Made by a program: the position numbers and the translations under genes. 64,000 nucleotides of DNA from an uncultured Actinomycetota bacterium. GTDB lineage: Bacteria > Actinomycetota > Actinomycetes > JAHEKZ01. Positions 19,277-28,189 of the stretch are shown here, piece after piece. Where the stretch lies: positions 1,792,001 through 1,856,000 of the forward strand of contig CAVQYR010000001.1 of the NCBI GenBank assembly GCA_963718235.1, read 5' to 3'. Numbering within the stretch: the stretch's first letter is position 1; each line of letters starts with the position of its first letter. Under the pieces are notes generated by a model. It was given only the letters and a program-made list of their open reading frames with translations, did not search any database and was not told the DNA's origin.

Positions 19277-20611
19277 TCAGGCCTGGTCGAGGAAGCGGTC
19301 GAGAACGCGCGCGCCGAAGGTCAGCGCGGACACCGGAACCCGCTCGTCGACCCCGTGGAACAGGTCGGCGAACCCGAGCCAGGGTGGCAGCTTCAGCGGC
19401 ACGAACCCGTAGCCGGTGATGCCGAGGGAGGTGAAGGCCTTGGCGTCGGTGCCCGCCGACAAGGTGTAGGGGACGGCGCGGGCCGCCGGGTCCTCGTCGA
19501 GCAAGCAGGCCCCGATGGCGGCGACGAGCGGTCCCTCGAACGTCGTCTCCCACGCGATGTCCTCGACCTCGTTGACCCGCTGGATGTCCGGGCCAAGGAC
19601 CTGGTCGAGCTCGGCGAGGAACTCGTCGCGGTGGCCGGGCAGGTAGCGACCGTCGACCATGGCGTGCGCCTCGCCGGGAATCACGTTCGACTTGTACCCG
19701 GCCTGCAGCATGGTCGGGTTCGCGCTGTTGCGCAGCGTCGCGCCGATCATCGGCGCGATCGGACCCAGGTGCGCGACCACCTTCTCCGGCTCGGTGTCCG
19801 GGTCCAGCCCCAGCGCAGTGCGGACCTCCGCCAGGAACGTGTCGACGGTGGGCGTGGGGGTGATCGCGAACTCGTGCCGCCCGAGTCGCGCCACGGCCTC
19901 GCTCAGCCGGGTGACCGCGTTCTCGTCGTTGACCATCGAGCCGTGCCCGGCACGGCCCTTCGCGGTGAGACGCATCCAGGCGATGCCCTTCTCCGCCGTC
20001 TCGACCAGGTAGAAGCGCAGGTCGTCGTTGACCGTGAAGCTGAAGCCCCCGACCTCACCGACGGCGTCGCTGACGCCTTCGAACAGGTCCTTGCGGTGGT
20101 CGACGAGCCAGTGCGAGCCGAACAGCCCGCCGGCCTCCTCGTCAGCGAGGAACGCCAGCACGACGTCGCGGGCCGGTTTGCGTCCGCTACGCATCCGGTG
20201 CCTGACGACCGAAAGGATCATGGCGTCCATGTCCTTCATGTCGATGGCGCCGCGCCCCCAGACCATCTCCTCCCCCGCCTCGTCCACGACCTCGGCGGAG
20301 AACGGCGGGTGGGTCCAGTCGGCCGCGTCGGCCGGGACGACGTCCAGGTGGCCATGCAGCATGAGGGCAGGTCGGGTGCGGTCCTCCCCCTCGATCCGGG
20401 CGAAGACGCTGGTCCGGCGAGGTGCCGACTCGACGAGCTCGACATCAAGCCCGACGTCGCAGAGCTGTTCGGCGACGTACTCAGCCGCGTCGCGCTCCTG
20501 GGATCTGGGGTCGTCGCCGAAGTTGGAGGTGTCGATGCGCATGAGCTCGCGGGCCAGACGCACGACGTCAGCGTCCGGTGTGGACGCCTGGTCAGGGAGG
20601 AGTGGGCTCAC
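19277..20611 (-). CDS. M20/M25/M40 family metallopeptidase
   Basis: HGHLDVVPA, GRGAIDMK, ADEEAGG, GTDAK, FHGVDER. Confidence 0.9.
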   Translation of the reverse strand: MSPLLPDQASTPDADVVRLARELMRIDTSNFGDDPRSQERDAAEYVAEQLCDVGLDVELVESAPRRTSVFARIEGEDRTRPALMLHGHLDVVPADAADWTHPPFSAEVVDEAGEEMVWGRGAIDMKDMDAMILSVVRHRMRSGRKPARDVVLAFLADEEAGGLFGSHWLVDHRKDLFEGVSDAVGEVGGFSFTVNDDLRFYLVETAEKGIAWMRLTAKGRAGHGSMVNDENAVTRLSEAVARLGRHEFAITPTPTVDTFLAEVRTALGLDPDTEPEKVVAHLGPIAPMIGATLRNSANPTMLQAGYKSNVIPGEAHAMVDGRYLPGHRDEFLAELDQVLGPDIQRVNEVEDIAWETTFEGPLVAAIGACLLDEDPAARAVPYTLSAGTDAKAFTSLGITGYGFVPLKLPPWLGFADLFHGVDERVPVSALTFGARVLDRFLDQA

Positions 20612-20691
20612 GACGCCTATGGTGCCCCACCGGGGCGGTTGGTCGGGGGGTTGGCCCGTTGGTATCCTCACCGGGCCGGTACGCCGGTGGA

Positions 20692-20778
20692 GTCCGGGTG
20701 GCGGAATTTGGTAGACGCGCTAGCTTGAGGTGCTAGTGCCCTTTATCGGGCGTGGGGGTTCAAGTCCCCCCTCGGACA
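20692..20778 (+). tRNA. tRNA-Leu(GAG)
   Basis: Acceptor stem GTCCGGG/CTCGGAC, anticodon stem CTAGC/GCTAG around TTGAGGT, long variable arm, T-arm GGGGG-TTCAAGT-CCCCC. CCA is not fully encoded (ACCC). TATCCT -10 at about 20663. Confidence 0.96.
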
Positions 20779-20787
20779 CCCGATCGA

Positions 20788-20818
20788 ACCCCTCGACCAG
20801 CGTCTAGGGTCGGGGGGT
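20788..20818 (+). terminator. hairpin downstream of tRNA-Leu
   Basis: ACCCCTCGACC pairs with GGTCGGGGGGT (one G-U). Confidence 0.6.
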
Positions 20819-21404
20819 GCCTCATGTCGACGCCTCGGACAGCGTCCTGGTCGTCATCGACGCCCAGGACGGCTTCTACCCGGACTCCCGGACCGATGTC
20901 GACCAGGCCGCCAAGTCGGCGGTGCTGGACCGGGTCGCCTGGGTGTGTGCGGTCGGCGTCGCCCTCGGTCTGCCGGTCGTCGTCACCGAGGAGGACGCGG
21001 ATGTCAACGGTCCGACCGCACCGCAGATCGCCCGGCGACTTCCCGACCGGACGCCGGTGCTGGTGAAGTCCGTGTTCGGCGCAGCCGACAACCCGGAGAT
21101 CGAGTGCGCAGTGAACGACACCGGACGGTCGTCCGTCGTCCTCCTGGGGATGGAGACCGACGTGTGCGTCGCTCACTCCGCGATCGGATTCCAGGCGCGT
21201 GGCCTGCGCGTCATCGTGGTCCACGACGCAGTGTTCTCCGCCGGCCCCGCCCACGGGCACGGCCTGGCCCGGTTGCGGCAGGAGGGAGTCGAGCTGCTGT
21301 CGGCGAAGGAGCTGTACTACGAGTGGCTGCGCGACCTTCCGAGTGTTCGGGCCTTCGACGAGGCCAACCCCGATCTGACCCAGCCGCCCGGCTTCTCCCT
21401 CTAG
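20817..21404 (+). CDS. isochorismatase-family cysteine hydrolase
   Basis: LVVIDAQ, VKSVFGA, GMETDVCV (Asp-Lys-Cys triad). Confidence 0.85.
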   Translation: MPHVDASDSVLVVIDAQDGFYPDSRTDVDQAAKSAVLDRVAWVCAVGVALGLPVVVTEEDADVNGPTAPQIARRLPDRTPVLVKSVFGAADNPEIECAVNDTGRSSVVLLGMETDVCVAHSAIGFQARGLRVIVVHDAVFSAGPAHGHGLARLRQEGVELLSAKELYYEWLRDLPSVRAFDEANPDLTQPPGFSL

Positions 21405-21472
21405 GGATCGTCACGTGGTCGATGGCCCCGAGGGGCCGGGACCGATGGGGCCGTCACTACGAGGAGGACCAC

Positions 21473-22294
21473 GTGCCGCTGCACCAAGCGTCGGAGGCGA
21501 TGCTGCACTACGAACAGGTGGGGGAAGGCCCGGACATCGTCTGGGTGTCCGGCGGCGGGGGTCTGGCCAGCGACTGGGACCCGTACCAGCTGCCGTTCTT
21601 CCGGCCCGACTTCCGCAACACCACCTTCGACAACCGAGGGATCGGGACGACGCGCTGCGACCGCCCCCAGCCCTGGCCGCTTCAGAACTTCGCGCGCGAC
21701 ACCGCTGAGCTCATCGCGGCGGTGTGCAGCCCTCCGGTAGCGCTGGTCGGCATCTCGTTCGGCGCTGCGATCGTGCAGCAGGTCGCCATCGACCGGCCCG
21801 ACCTCGTGCGGTGCGCGGTGGTCATGGGCACGGGAGCCCGCAGTGTGGGCTGGGGGTGGGACTTCCAGAAGGCCGAGATCGACTACCGCAAGGAGGGTGG
21901 CCGCCTCGACGGCATGATGGCCGTGACCCACTACGCGGCGATGCTGTACCCGGCCCGCGTGCTCGGCGACCGCGAGCTGTGGCCCAGGCTCAGGCAAGAG
22001 CTGTCCGACTGGCTGGCTACTGACGCCAACGAGGAGTCCCTGATCCCCCAGTGGGAGTCCTGTCTCCTCTACGACCAGACAGCGCACCTGCCCACCTGCC
22101 AGGTGCCGATGCACGTGGTCGCCTTCGCCGAGGACGTCCAGGCTCCGCCCCAGGACGGCGAGGAGCTGGCTGAGCTGGCGGGCAACAGCGAGTTCCACCT
22201 GTTCGAGGGGATGGGCCACGGGTCGATCTACGGGCACACCCACGACGAGCTGAACGCCTTCATCAGGGCCACGGTCGAGCGCTACCTCCCCTGA
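21473..22294 (+). CDS. alpha/beta hydrolase
   Basis: FDNRGIG, GISFG nucleophile elbow, C-terminal GMGH; GAGGAGG RBS before GTG 21473. Confidence 0.87.
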   Translation: MPLHQASEAMLHYEQVGEGPDIVWVSGGGGLASDWDPYQLPFFRPDFRNTTFDNRGIGTTRCDRPQPWPLQNFARDTAELIAAVCSPPVALVGISFGAAIVQQVAIDRPDLVRCAVVMGTGARSVGWGWDFQKAEIDYRKEGGRLDGMMAVTHYAAMLYPARVLGDRELWPRLRQELSDWLATDANEESLIPQWESCLLYDQTAHLPTCQVPMHVVAFAEDVQAPPQDGEELAELAGNSEFHLFEGMGHGSIYGHTHDELNAFIRATVERYLP

Positions 22295-22367
22295 TCGGGG
22301 CGGGGCCGGTCCCGGCGTGTACGTTCGGCTGGCCGCCATCTGGGACGACGCACCGAGGAGCCGCCGC

Positions 22368-22661
22368 ATGACCGAGGCACGTGACGAGACCACGCCCGTC
22401 CACCTGAACAACCACCACCGCAACACCCTGGCCGCGCTCTTCGCGCACCCGACCAGTCACAACGTCCGTTGGGTGGATGTGGTGTCCCTGCTCGGGGCGC
22501 TGGGCACGGTCGAGGACCGCCACGACGGGAAGGTCAAGGTCACCGTAGGCGCGGGCACCGCGTTCTTCGAGACCCCCCGCGACCACAACGCCGGGGTCGA
22601 ACAGATCGTCGAGCTGCGTCACCTTCTGGGCGACGCCGGCTACGCCCCCGAACGAGACTGA
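22368..22661 (+). CDS. small protein resembling the HicA-like fold, with no partner gene
   Basis: NNHHRNTLAALFAHPTSHNVRWVDVVSLLGALG...LRHLLGDAG pattern; GAGGAG RBS. Confidence 0.55.
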   Translation: MTEARDETTPVHLNNHHRNTLAALFAHPTSHNVRWVDVVSLLGALGTVEDRHDGKVKVTVGAGTAFFETPRDHNAGVEQIVELRHLLGDAGYAPERD

Positions 22662-22691
22662 CCCCCACCGCTGGGGCGCGGCAGGGGTCAG
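22658..22691. terminator. hairpin between convergent ORFs
   Basis: CTGACCCC ... GGGGTCAG inverted repeat. Confidence 0.5.
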
Positions 22692-22701
22692 AGAGGTCCA
22701 G

Positions 22702-22797
22702 TCATCGAAGGTGACGGGTCCGCTTCGGCTGACGACGGTTGCGGGTGGGCTTGTTCTGGGCGGCGTCCCAGGCTGCAGGGAGCCAGAGGCTGATCAC
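22702..22797 (-). CDS. putative 31-aa small protein, not in the ORF track
   Basis: GAAGAAGGA RBS then GTG; MISLWLPAAWDAAQNKPTRNRRQPKRTRHLR*; divergent from TetR and followed by a hairpin. Confidence 0.45.
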   Translation of the reverse strand: MISLWLPAAWDAAQNKPTRNRRQPKRTRHLR

Positions 22798-22833
22798 GGT
22801 GGTCCTTCTTCCCTCGCGTCCTTGTGGACGCTT

Positions 22834-22850
22834 TCGTATCGGTTTACGAT
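22834..22850. promoter_or_regulatory. probable TetR operator overlapping the -10 element
   Basis: TCGTA-N6-TACGA inverted repeat in an AT-richer patch; TACGAT (22845-50) lies 6 nt before ATG 22857. Confidence 0.5.
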
Positions 22851-22856
22851 ATGAGT

Positions 22857-23510
22857 ATGCCTGACCCGGTTCGGCCTGGCAAGTCGACCCCGCCTGCGAT
22901 GCCGCGTCGGAGCCGTTCCCCGGAGCGGGACCGACCGCTGCTGCTGCGGGCCACGCGGCGGGTGGCCGCCCGCCGGGGCTACGACGCGACCCGGTTCGCC
23001 GACGTGGCGGCGGCCACTGGAGTGCCGATCAGCTCGCTCCAGTACTACTTCGGCACCCGTGACCGACTCGTCCGCGAGGCGATCACCGACGGCGCCCTCG
23101 GCGAGCTCAGCCGGCTCGAGCACCAGGTGGCACCGCTGACCGACCCCCGCGAGCGGCTGCACGCCGTGATCGCCTCGATGATCTCGATGGACGACGAGGA
23201 GCGCCGCGAGGGATGGCTGGTCTGGATGGAGTTCTGGCGCACCGCGATGCGCGACCCCGAGCTCTCCGTGGCCTGCGTCGACGTGCTGGGCCGGTGGCGC
23301 GGGTTCCTCGCCGCGATCATCGACGATGGGCGGCAGTCAGGAGTCTTCGCCTACGACGGCTCCACCGAGGATGCCGTGACCGAGCTGATGGCGCTGCTCG
23401 ACGGTCTGGGCATCCCCTTGGCACTGGGGCACGACTACTGCGACGAGCCTCGAGCCATCGAGATAGCGAAGCGCGCGGCGGAGCGGATGCTCCGGCCGCG
23501 CGCTTCGTAG
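22857..23510 (+). CDS. TetR/AcrR family regulator (BetI-like C-domain)
   Basis: GYDATRFADVAAATGVPISSLQYYFGTRD HTH; WLVWMEFW; ALLDGL. Confidence 0.9.
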   Translation: MPDPVRPGKSTPPAMPRRSRSPERDRPLLLRATRRVAARRGYDATRFADVAAATGVPISSLQYYFGTRDRLVREAITDGALGELSRLEHQVAPLTDPRERLHAVIASMISMDDEERREGWLVWMEFWRTAMRDPELSVACVDVLGRWRGFLAAIIDDGRQSGVFAYDGSTEDAVTELMALLDGLGIPLALGHDYCDEPRAIEIAKRAAERMLRPRAS

Positions 23511-23540
23511 TGCTGCCGCGTCTTGCGAGCCCAGGCGGTC

Positions 23541-24233
23541 TCAGGCGGCGGGGGTCTCCCCCACCAAGGTGCGGTAGACGTAGGCGTGGGCGGTCCAGGT
23601 GAGCGGGATCGTCAAGAGCAGACCGACACCGCAGAGCAGTGCGCCCAGGAAGTTGATCAGCATCATCACGATGTACAGGCCGACCAGCCCCCAGAAGTTC
23701 TTCAACGAGAGGTCCCAGCTCGCCTTCAGCGAGTCGATCGCTCCGGCGTTCTTGTCGAGCACGAAGTAGGCGAAGAATCCAAGGAGCACGGCGAGGACGA
23801 GCCCCGGCAGGATGCACAGGATGTAGCCGATGCCGATAGCGATCCCGGCCAGGATGGCCGCGACCACGTAGGCGCCGAGGTTGTCGGTCTTGAACAGCTC
23901 CCCCACCGAGGGCTTCTCGCCGGCCGTCACGGCCAGGGCCAACCGGTAGACCCCTAGGGCGACGACGAAGGCGACCACGATGGACAGCGCCGACACCACC
24001 AAGGACATGAACCAGTTGTCCGCGAACGGACTCGCGATCACGTACAGGGCGATCTGCACGAGCAGCAGGACCAGGACCACCACGACCCAGGAACCGAAGT
24101 ACTGAAGGGTCTTGCTCCAGCCGTAGCTGATGGCGGCTCCGATGTCGACCCGTGGCTGACCGCCCGACGGCCCTCCTGCGGGAACAGCCGGAGGCGGCGG
24201 TGGGGGCGGGGGCGGAACAGGGACGTCGGACAT
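23541..24233 (-). CDS. proline-rich integral membrane protein
   Basis: Poly-Pro N-terminus, GYILCILPG, GAIDSLKASW, LGALLCGVGLLLTIP, YVYRTL. Confidence 0.8.
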   Translation of the reverse strand: MSDVPVPPPPPPPPPAVPAGGPSGGQPRVDIGAAISYGWSKTLQYFGSWVVVVLVLLLVQIALYVIASPFADNWFMSLVVSALSIVVAFVVALGVYRLALAVTAGEKPSVGELFKTDNLGAYVVAAILAGIAIGIGYILCILPGLVLAVLLGFFAYFVLDKNAGAIDSLKASWDLSLKNFWGLVGLYIVMMLINFLGALLCGVGLLLTIPLTWTAHAYVYRTLVGETPAA

Positions 24234-24302
24234 GGAAATCCTCCAAGTAGGCGTTCGACCGTCAGGGGCAGCCTGCCAGATCCCTCGCCGAGGGTGCGGT
24301 TC

Positions 24303-25487
24303 CTACGCCGTTCGACGGTCCGGCGCGTCGTGGGTGGCGGAGGATCGCTGGAGGCGGGTGGCGACGACCGGGAAGATCGCGACCGACAACGCTCCCGCAC
24401 CGACCAGGGCCGCCGCGTTCTCCGGCAGCATCGTGCCGTTCTGCAGCCCGATGTGGGCCAGCGCGACCAGCAGCGGCAGCGCCGTGGCGGTCAGGAACAT
24501 CAGCTGTACGCGCTCACGCATGGCGAGGTCGTTGCGGTAGATCAGCAGGCTGGGGAGCCCGCGCACGGCGAGCAGCAGCACGAAGAACACCACCAGCCGC
24601 ATCGGGTTCTCCGCGATCGAGGTGATGTCCAGGCCCATGCCCGAGGCGACGAAGAACACCGGGATGAAGAACCCGTACCCGACGGCGTCCAGCTTGCGCA
24701 GCAGCTGCTCGTGCTGCTGCTCGGGCATCGCCGTCGACCCGCGCAGCGCCATACCGGCCAGGAACGCGCCCAGGACGGCGTCCAGACCGAACGTCTCGGT
24801 GACGAGCAGAAGCCCGACCAGAAGGGTGATCGTCCAGCGCAGCGCCGACTGCGAGGTGGCATCGCTCGACTCCGCGACGGCGGTTCCCACCTTCGATCGG
24901 CCCACGAGGCGAGGCACCCGGGCCAGCAGGTAGGCCAGCCCGGTGATGGCCGCGATGGCCAGGGCGGACTCCCACGAGCCGTTCACACCGAGGAACAGCG
25001 AGATCGCCAGCACCGGACCGAGCTCGCCCACCGCGCCCGCAGCGAAGATGTAGTCACCGAACCGGCCACCCAGCATGTGGTTGTCCCGCAGGATCGGCAG
25101 CAGGGTGCCCAATGCCGTGGTGGTCAGTGCCAGGGCCACCGGGACGAAGGCGTGCACGAATCCGGTCAGCTCCAAGACCCCCACCACCAGGAGGCTGAGC
25201 GCCAGCGAGGTGCCCCAGCCGGCCAGGGCCAGGCGCCCCGCGCGTTGCCGCAGCAGCAGCGGCGGGAGCTCGTAGCCGGCCAGAAGGAAGAGCATGCCCA
25301 GGCCGACGGTGGACAGCAGCTCGATCTGGCCCGGCTCGGCGATCGCCAGAGCCTCCGGGCCGATGATCACCCCTCCCAGGATGAAGACCACCACCTGCGG
25401 GGTCCGGCCGGGGACGATGGCCACGACGATCGGCGCGAGCGCGGCGATCAGGGTGACGGCGAACAGCGCCTCGAGCTGGTCGCTCAC
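24303..25487 (-). CDS. cation:proton antiporter (CPA2)
   Basis: About 12 TM segments, GVIIGP, LFLLAGYE, LGAFLAG, FFIPVFFVASG. Confidence 0.88.
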   Translation of the reverse strand: MSDQLEALFAVTLIAALAPIVVAIVPGRTPQVVVFILGGVIIGPEALAIAEPGQIELLSTVGLGMLFLLAGYELPPLLLRQRAGRLALAGWGTSLALSLLVVGVLELTGFVHAFVPVALALTTTALGTLLPILRDNHMLGGRFGDYIFAAGAVGELGPVLAISLFLGVNGSWESALAIAAITGLAYLLARVPRLVGRSKVGTAVAESSDATSQSALRWTITLLVGLLLVTETFGLDAVLGAFLAGMALRGSTAMPEQQHEQLLRKLDAVGYGFFIPVFFVASGMGLDITSIAENPMRLVVFFVLLLAVRGLPSLLIYRNDLAMRERVQLMFLTATALPLLVALAHIGLQNGTMLPENAAALVGAGALSVAIFPVVATRLQRSSATHDAPDRRTA

Positions 25488-25846
25488 GACGACTCCTGCA
25501 CCGCGTCGTCCTGCACCAGGCAGAACTCGTTGCCCTCGGGGTCCGCGAGCACCACCCAGCGCCCGGCCTCGTCGTACGTGGCGCCGGCCGTGGCGCCAAG
25601 CCCGACGGCCCGGGCGACAGCGGCGTCCAGCTGCGCGGTGTGCAGGTCCGGATGGCAGCGGTTCTTGGCCGCCTTCGGCTCGGGCACCGGCAGGAAGAGC
25701 AGGACGGGCTCCTCGTGCCGGGGCTCGACGACCCAGACCCCGGGGATCGTGCGACCCGGTCGCGCCGTCCGGCCGAGCAGTGCGCCCCAGAACGAGGCCA
25801 GCTCACGGGGGCTCCCGGCGTCGAAGGTCAGGGCTCCGAGGATCAC
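25484..25846 (-). CDS. VOC/glyoxalase family protein
   Basis: LASFWGALLG, PEPKAAKNRCHPDL, VLADPEGNEFCLV. Confidence 0.88.
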   Translation of the reverse strand: MILGALTFDAGSPRELASFWGALLGRTARPGRTIPGVWVVEPRHEEPVLLFLPVPEPKAAKNRCHPDLHTAQLDAAVARAVGLGATAGATYDEAGRWVVLADPEGNEFCLVQDDAVQESS

Positions 25847-26388
25847 GGGAGGAGCCCCAGGTGGGCGAGGGCCAGGCGCAGGAGCCGGTCCTGCCCTCCG
25901 GTCATCTCCGCGCCGACGCTGGGCCCGGCCGCCTCGTGCGGGGTCGCCCAGACCAGGTCGAGGGCGTTGACCGACGGGGAGCACTCGCCGTCGACCGGGA
26001 CGACGTACGCCAGGCTGACCGCGTGCTGCCGGGGGTCGTGGAAACCGGTCACCAGAGGGTCGGGGAAGTACTCCGCGACGGTGAACGGCTGCAGTGACGG
26101 CGGGATTCGCGGGAGTGCGAGCGGGCCGAGGTCTTTCTCGATGTGTCGGAGAAGGGCATCGCGGACCAGCTCGCCGTACAGGACCCGGCCGGAGACCAGG
26201 GCTCGGCTGATGCTTCCGTCCGGCATGACCCGCAACAGGAGCCCGAGGTGACTCACCTCACCGCGGGAGTCGATCCGGACGGGCACGGCGTCGACGTAGA
26301 CGATGGGCAGCCGCTCGCGCGACTGCTCCAGCTCATGGTCGCTCAGCCATCCGGTGCGGGTGTCTGTGGTGTCGGCGGTGTCGGTCAT
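25843..26388 (-). CDS. NUDIX-like protein (DUF4916)
   Basis: LPIVYVDAVPVR, VSGRVLYGE, DPRQHAVSLAYVVPV. Confidence 0.82.
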   Translation of the reverse strand: MTDTADTTDTRTGWLSDHELEQSRERLPIVYVDAVPVRIDSRGEVSHLGLLLRVMPDGSISRALVSGRVLYGELVRDALLRHIEKDLGPLALPRIPPSLQPFTVAEYFPDPLVTGFHDPRQHAVSLAYVVPVDGECSPSVNALDLVWATPHEAAGPSVGAEMTGGQDRLLRLALAHLGLLP

Positions 26389-26397
26389 GGGTGCTCC

Positions 26398-28131
26398 TCA
26401 GACGGTGGTGACCGGGGCGAACCGGGCGGCCACGGAGGTGACCGTACCCGGGGCGGCCAGGTCGAGCTGGAGCTCGGCTCGGCCCCGCTCCCCCAACAGG
26501 CGCCAGACGACGATCGTGGACGTCGCCTTGCTCTCGTGACGCTGCGCCGGACCGAGTCCGACCGAGCCGAGTCGCGCCGCCACCGCGCGCAGCTGAGCCG
26601 TGACGACGCCCGGATCGACCGTGTCGGACACCGAGACCCCCTCGGGCCAGGTGGCCGGGAACGAGGGGCAGGCGTCGTTCAGGGCCGCGACGAGGCGCTC
26701 GGCCGCCTGGGTCAGCCGTGGTTCGGGCGTCGGGACAGGGGTCACCGTCAGCAGCTGCACGCGTGGCTGTGGCTGCGGTGAGAGCTGCAGCTCGACCTTG
26801 ACCCGGCCCCCCGGCCCGCTCATCCACCACGACCGGTGTGCCGGTGAGTCGGCCTGCGGGGGCTCTGGCTCGGGGGCCAGCGGACCCAGCTCGTCGACGA
26901 TGCGGCGGAGCGTGGCGCGTCGGAGGGTGAGGGGCTCGTCGGCGTCGACGTTGTCAGCGAACAGGCTCCGGGCGGTGTCGTCGTCCCAGTGGGCGATCAG
27001 CCCGGCGACGGCCCGTGCCGCGCTCTCGGTGCCAGCCAGACGAGTCGACGCCGAGACCGGGTGGTCCCGCAGCATCGAGTTGAGCATCGACGACGCCAGG
27101 CGGCGCATCGGAGCGTAGGTGCGGTTGCCCAGCGCCACGACCCCGAGCCCGGTGTCCGGGTGCCAGCGCATGTGGGACCCGAAGCCGGGGTAGCCCCCGC
27201 TGTGGCTGACGATCCGCCCCAGGTCGCTGGTGCGTTCCTCGACCAGTCCGAAGCCGTACCCACCGGCCACCACGCGCGGCGGCGCAGCTGCGTGGTCCTG
27301 CTCGACCAACGCATCGACGAACCGCTGGGTCTGGCTCATCTCGCGCCGGCTCGATGCCGCAAGGGGGTGCTCGTCGTGGACGCCTCGCTCGGCGTCGACG
27401 AACCCCTGGACCCAACGGGCCAGGTCTCGAACCGTGCTGAACAGTCCGCCCATCGGGGAGAACGCCCCGTACGCGGCCAACGGCTCGGCGGTCAGCTGAT
27501 GGTCGACCAGGGCGTAGCCCTGCACCATGCGGTCGTCGGTCGGGGGGTGGAAGGTCGTGGACGACAGCCCCAGCGGCTCGAGCAGGGTGCCCGTGACCAG
27601 CGCGTCGAAGGGCTGCCCGGACGCGGCGGAGAGGACCCGGCCCAGCAGGGCGTAGCCGAGGTTGGAGTACTCGAACTGGGTGCCGGGCGTCCAGACGGTC
27701 GTGAAGCCCTCGGCCGCGATGGCGTCAAAACGGTCCAGGGGCAACGGCTGCTGACGGTCGCCCCACGGGTCGTCGGTGGCGAAACCGGCCGTCATGGTCA
27801 GCAGGTGTCGCACGGTGAGCGTCACTCCCTCGGGCGACGCCGAGCCGAGGTGCGGCAGCCAGGTCGCCACCGGGTCGTCCAGGCGAAGCACCCCCTGGTC
27901 GCGAAGCGCCAGGGTGGTGGCCGCGGTGAAGGACTTGGTCATCGAGGCGATCCGGAAGACCGAGTCGGCGTCGGGCTGGTGGTTGCCGGAGACGTCCACC
28001 GACCCGACCGCCTTGACGTGCACCAACTGACCGTCGTGGACCAGACCCACCGCCACCCCGGGGGTCGGGTCGTCGGTGGAGAAACGGAGCAGCGCGTCGT
28101 CCAGCTGTGCGGTCCATCGCTCGAGGCTCAC
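26398..28131 (-). CDS. serine hydrolase (class C beta-lactamase family) with C-terminal extension
   Basis: SMTK (SxxK), YSN, HSGG. Confidence 0.87.
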   Translation of the reverse strand: MSLERWTAQLDDALLRFSTDDPTPGVAVGLVHDGQLVHVKAVGSVDVSGNHQPDADSVFRIASMTKSFTAATTLALRDQGVLRLDDPVATWLPHLGSASPEGVTLTVRHLLTMTAGFATDDPWGDRQQPLPLDRFDAIAAEGFTTVWTPGTQFEYSNLGYALLGRVLSAASGQPFDALVTGTLLEPLGLSSTTFHPPTDDRMVQGYALVDHQLTAEPLAAYGAFSPMGGLFSTVRDLARWVQGFVDAERGVHDEHPLAASSRREMSQTQRFVDALVEQDHAAAPPRVVAGGYGFGLVEERTSDLGRIVSHSGGYPGFGSHMRWHPDTGLGVVALGNRTYAPMRRLASSMLNSMLRDHPVSASTRLAGTESAARAVAGLIAHWDDDTARSLFADNVDADEPLTLRRATLRRIVDELGPLAPEPEPPQADSPAHRSWWMSGPGGRVKVELQLSPQPQPRVQLLTVTPVPTPEPRLTQAAERLVAALNDACPSFPATWPEGVSVSDTVDPGVVTAQLRAVAARLGSVGLGPAQRHESKATSTIVVWRLLGERGRAELQLDLAAPGTVTSVAARFAPVTTV

Positions 28132-28189
28132 CGCTGCATCCTGCCGCGGCGCACTTCACTTGCCACGTCGAACCGCCGATCATGGGGCG

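Noticed and set aside
21415-21455. Further DosR-like sites (also near 59830)
   Set aside because: Only half-matches in GC-rich DNA, not distinguishable from chance by eye.
24193-24216. G-rich run as a G-quadruplex or contingency repeat
   Set aside because: It encodes the poly-proline N-terminus of the membrane protein on the minus strand, using mixed codons.
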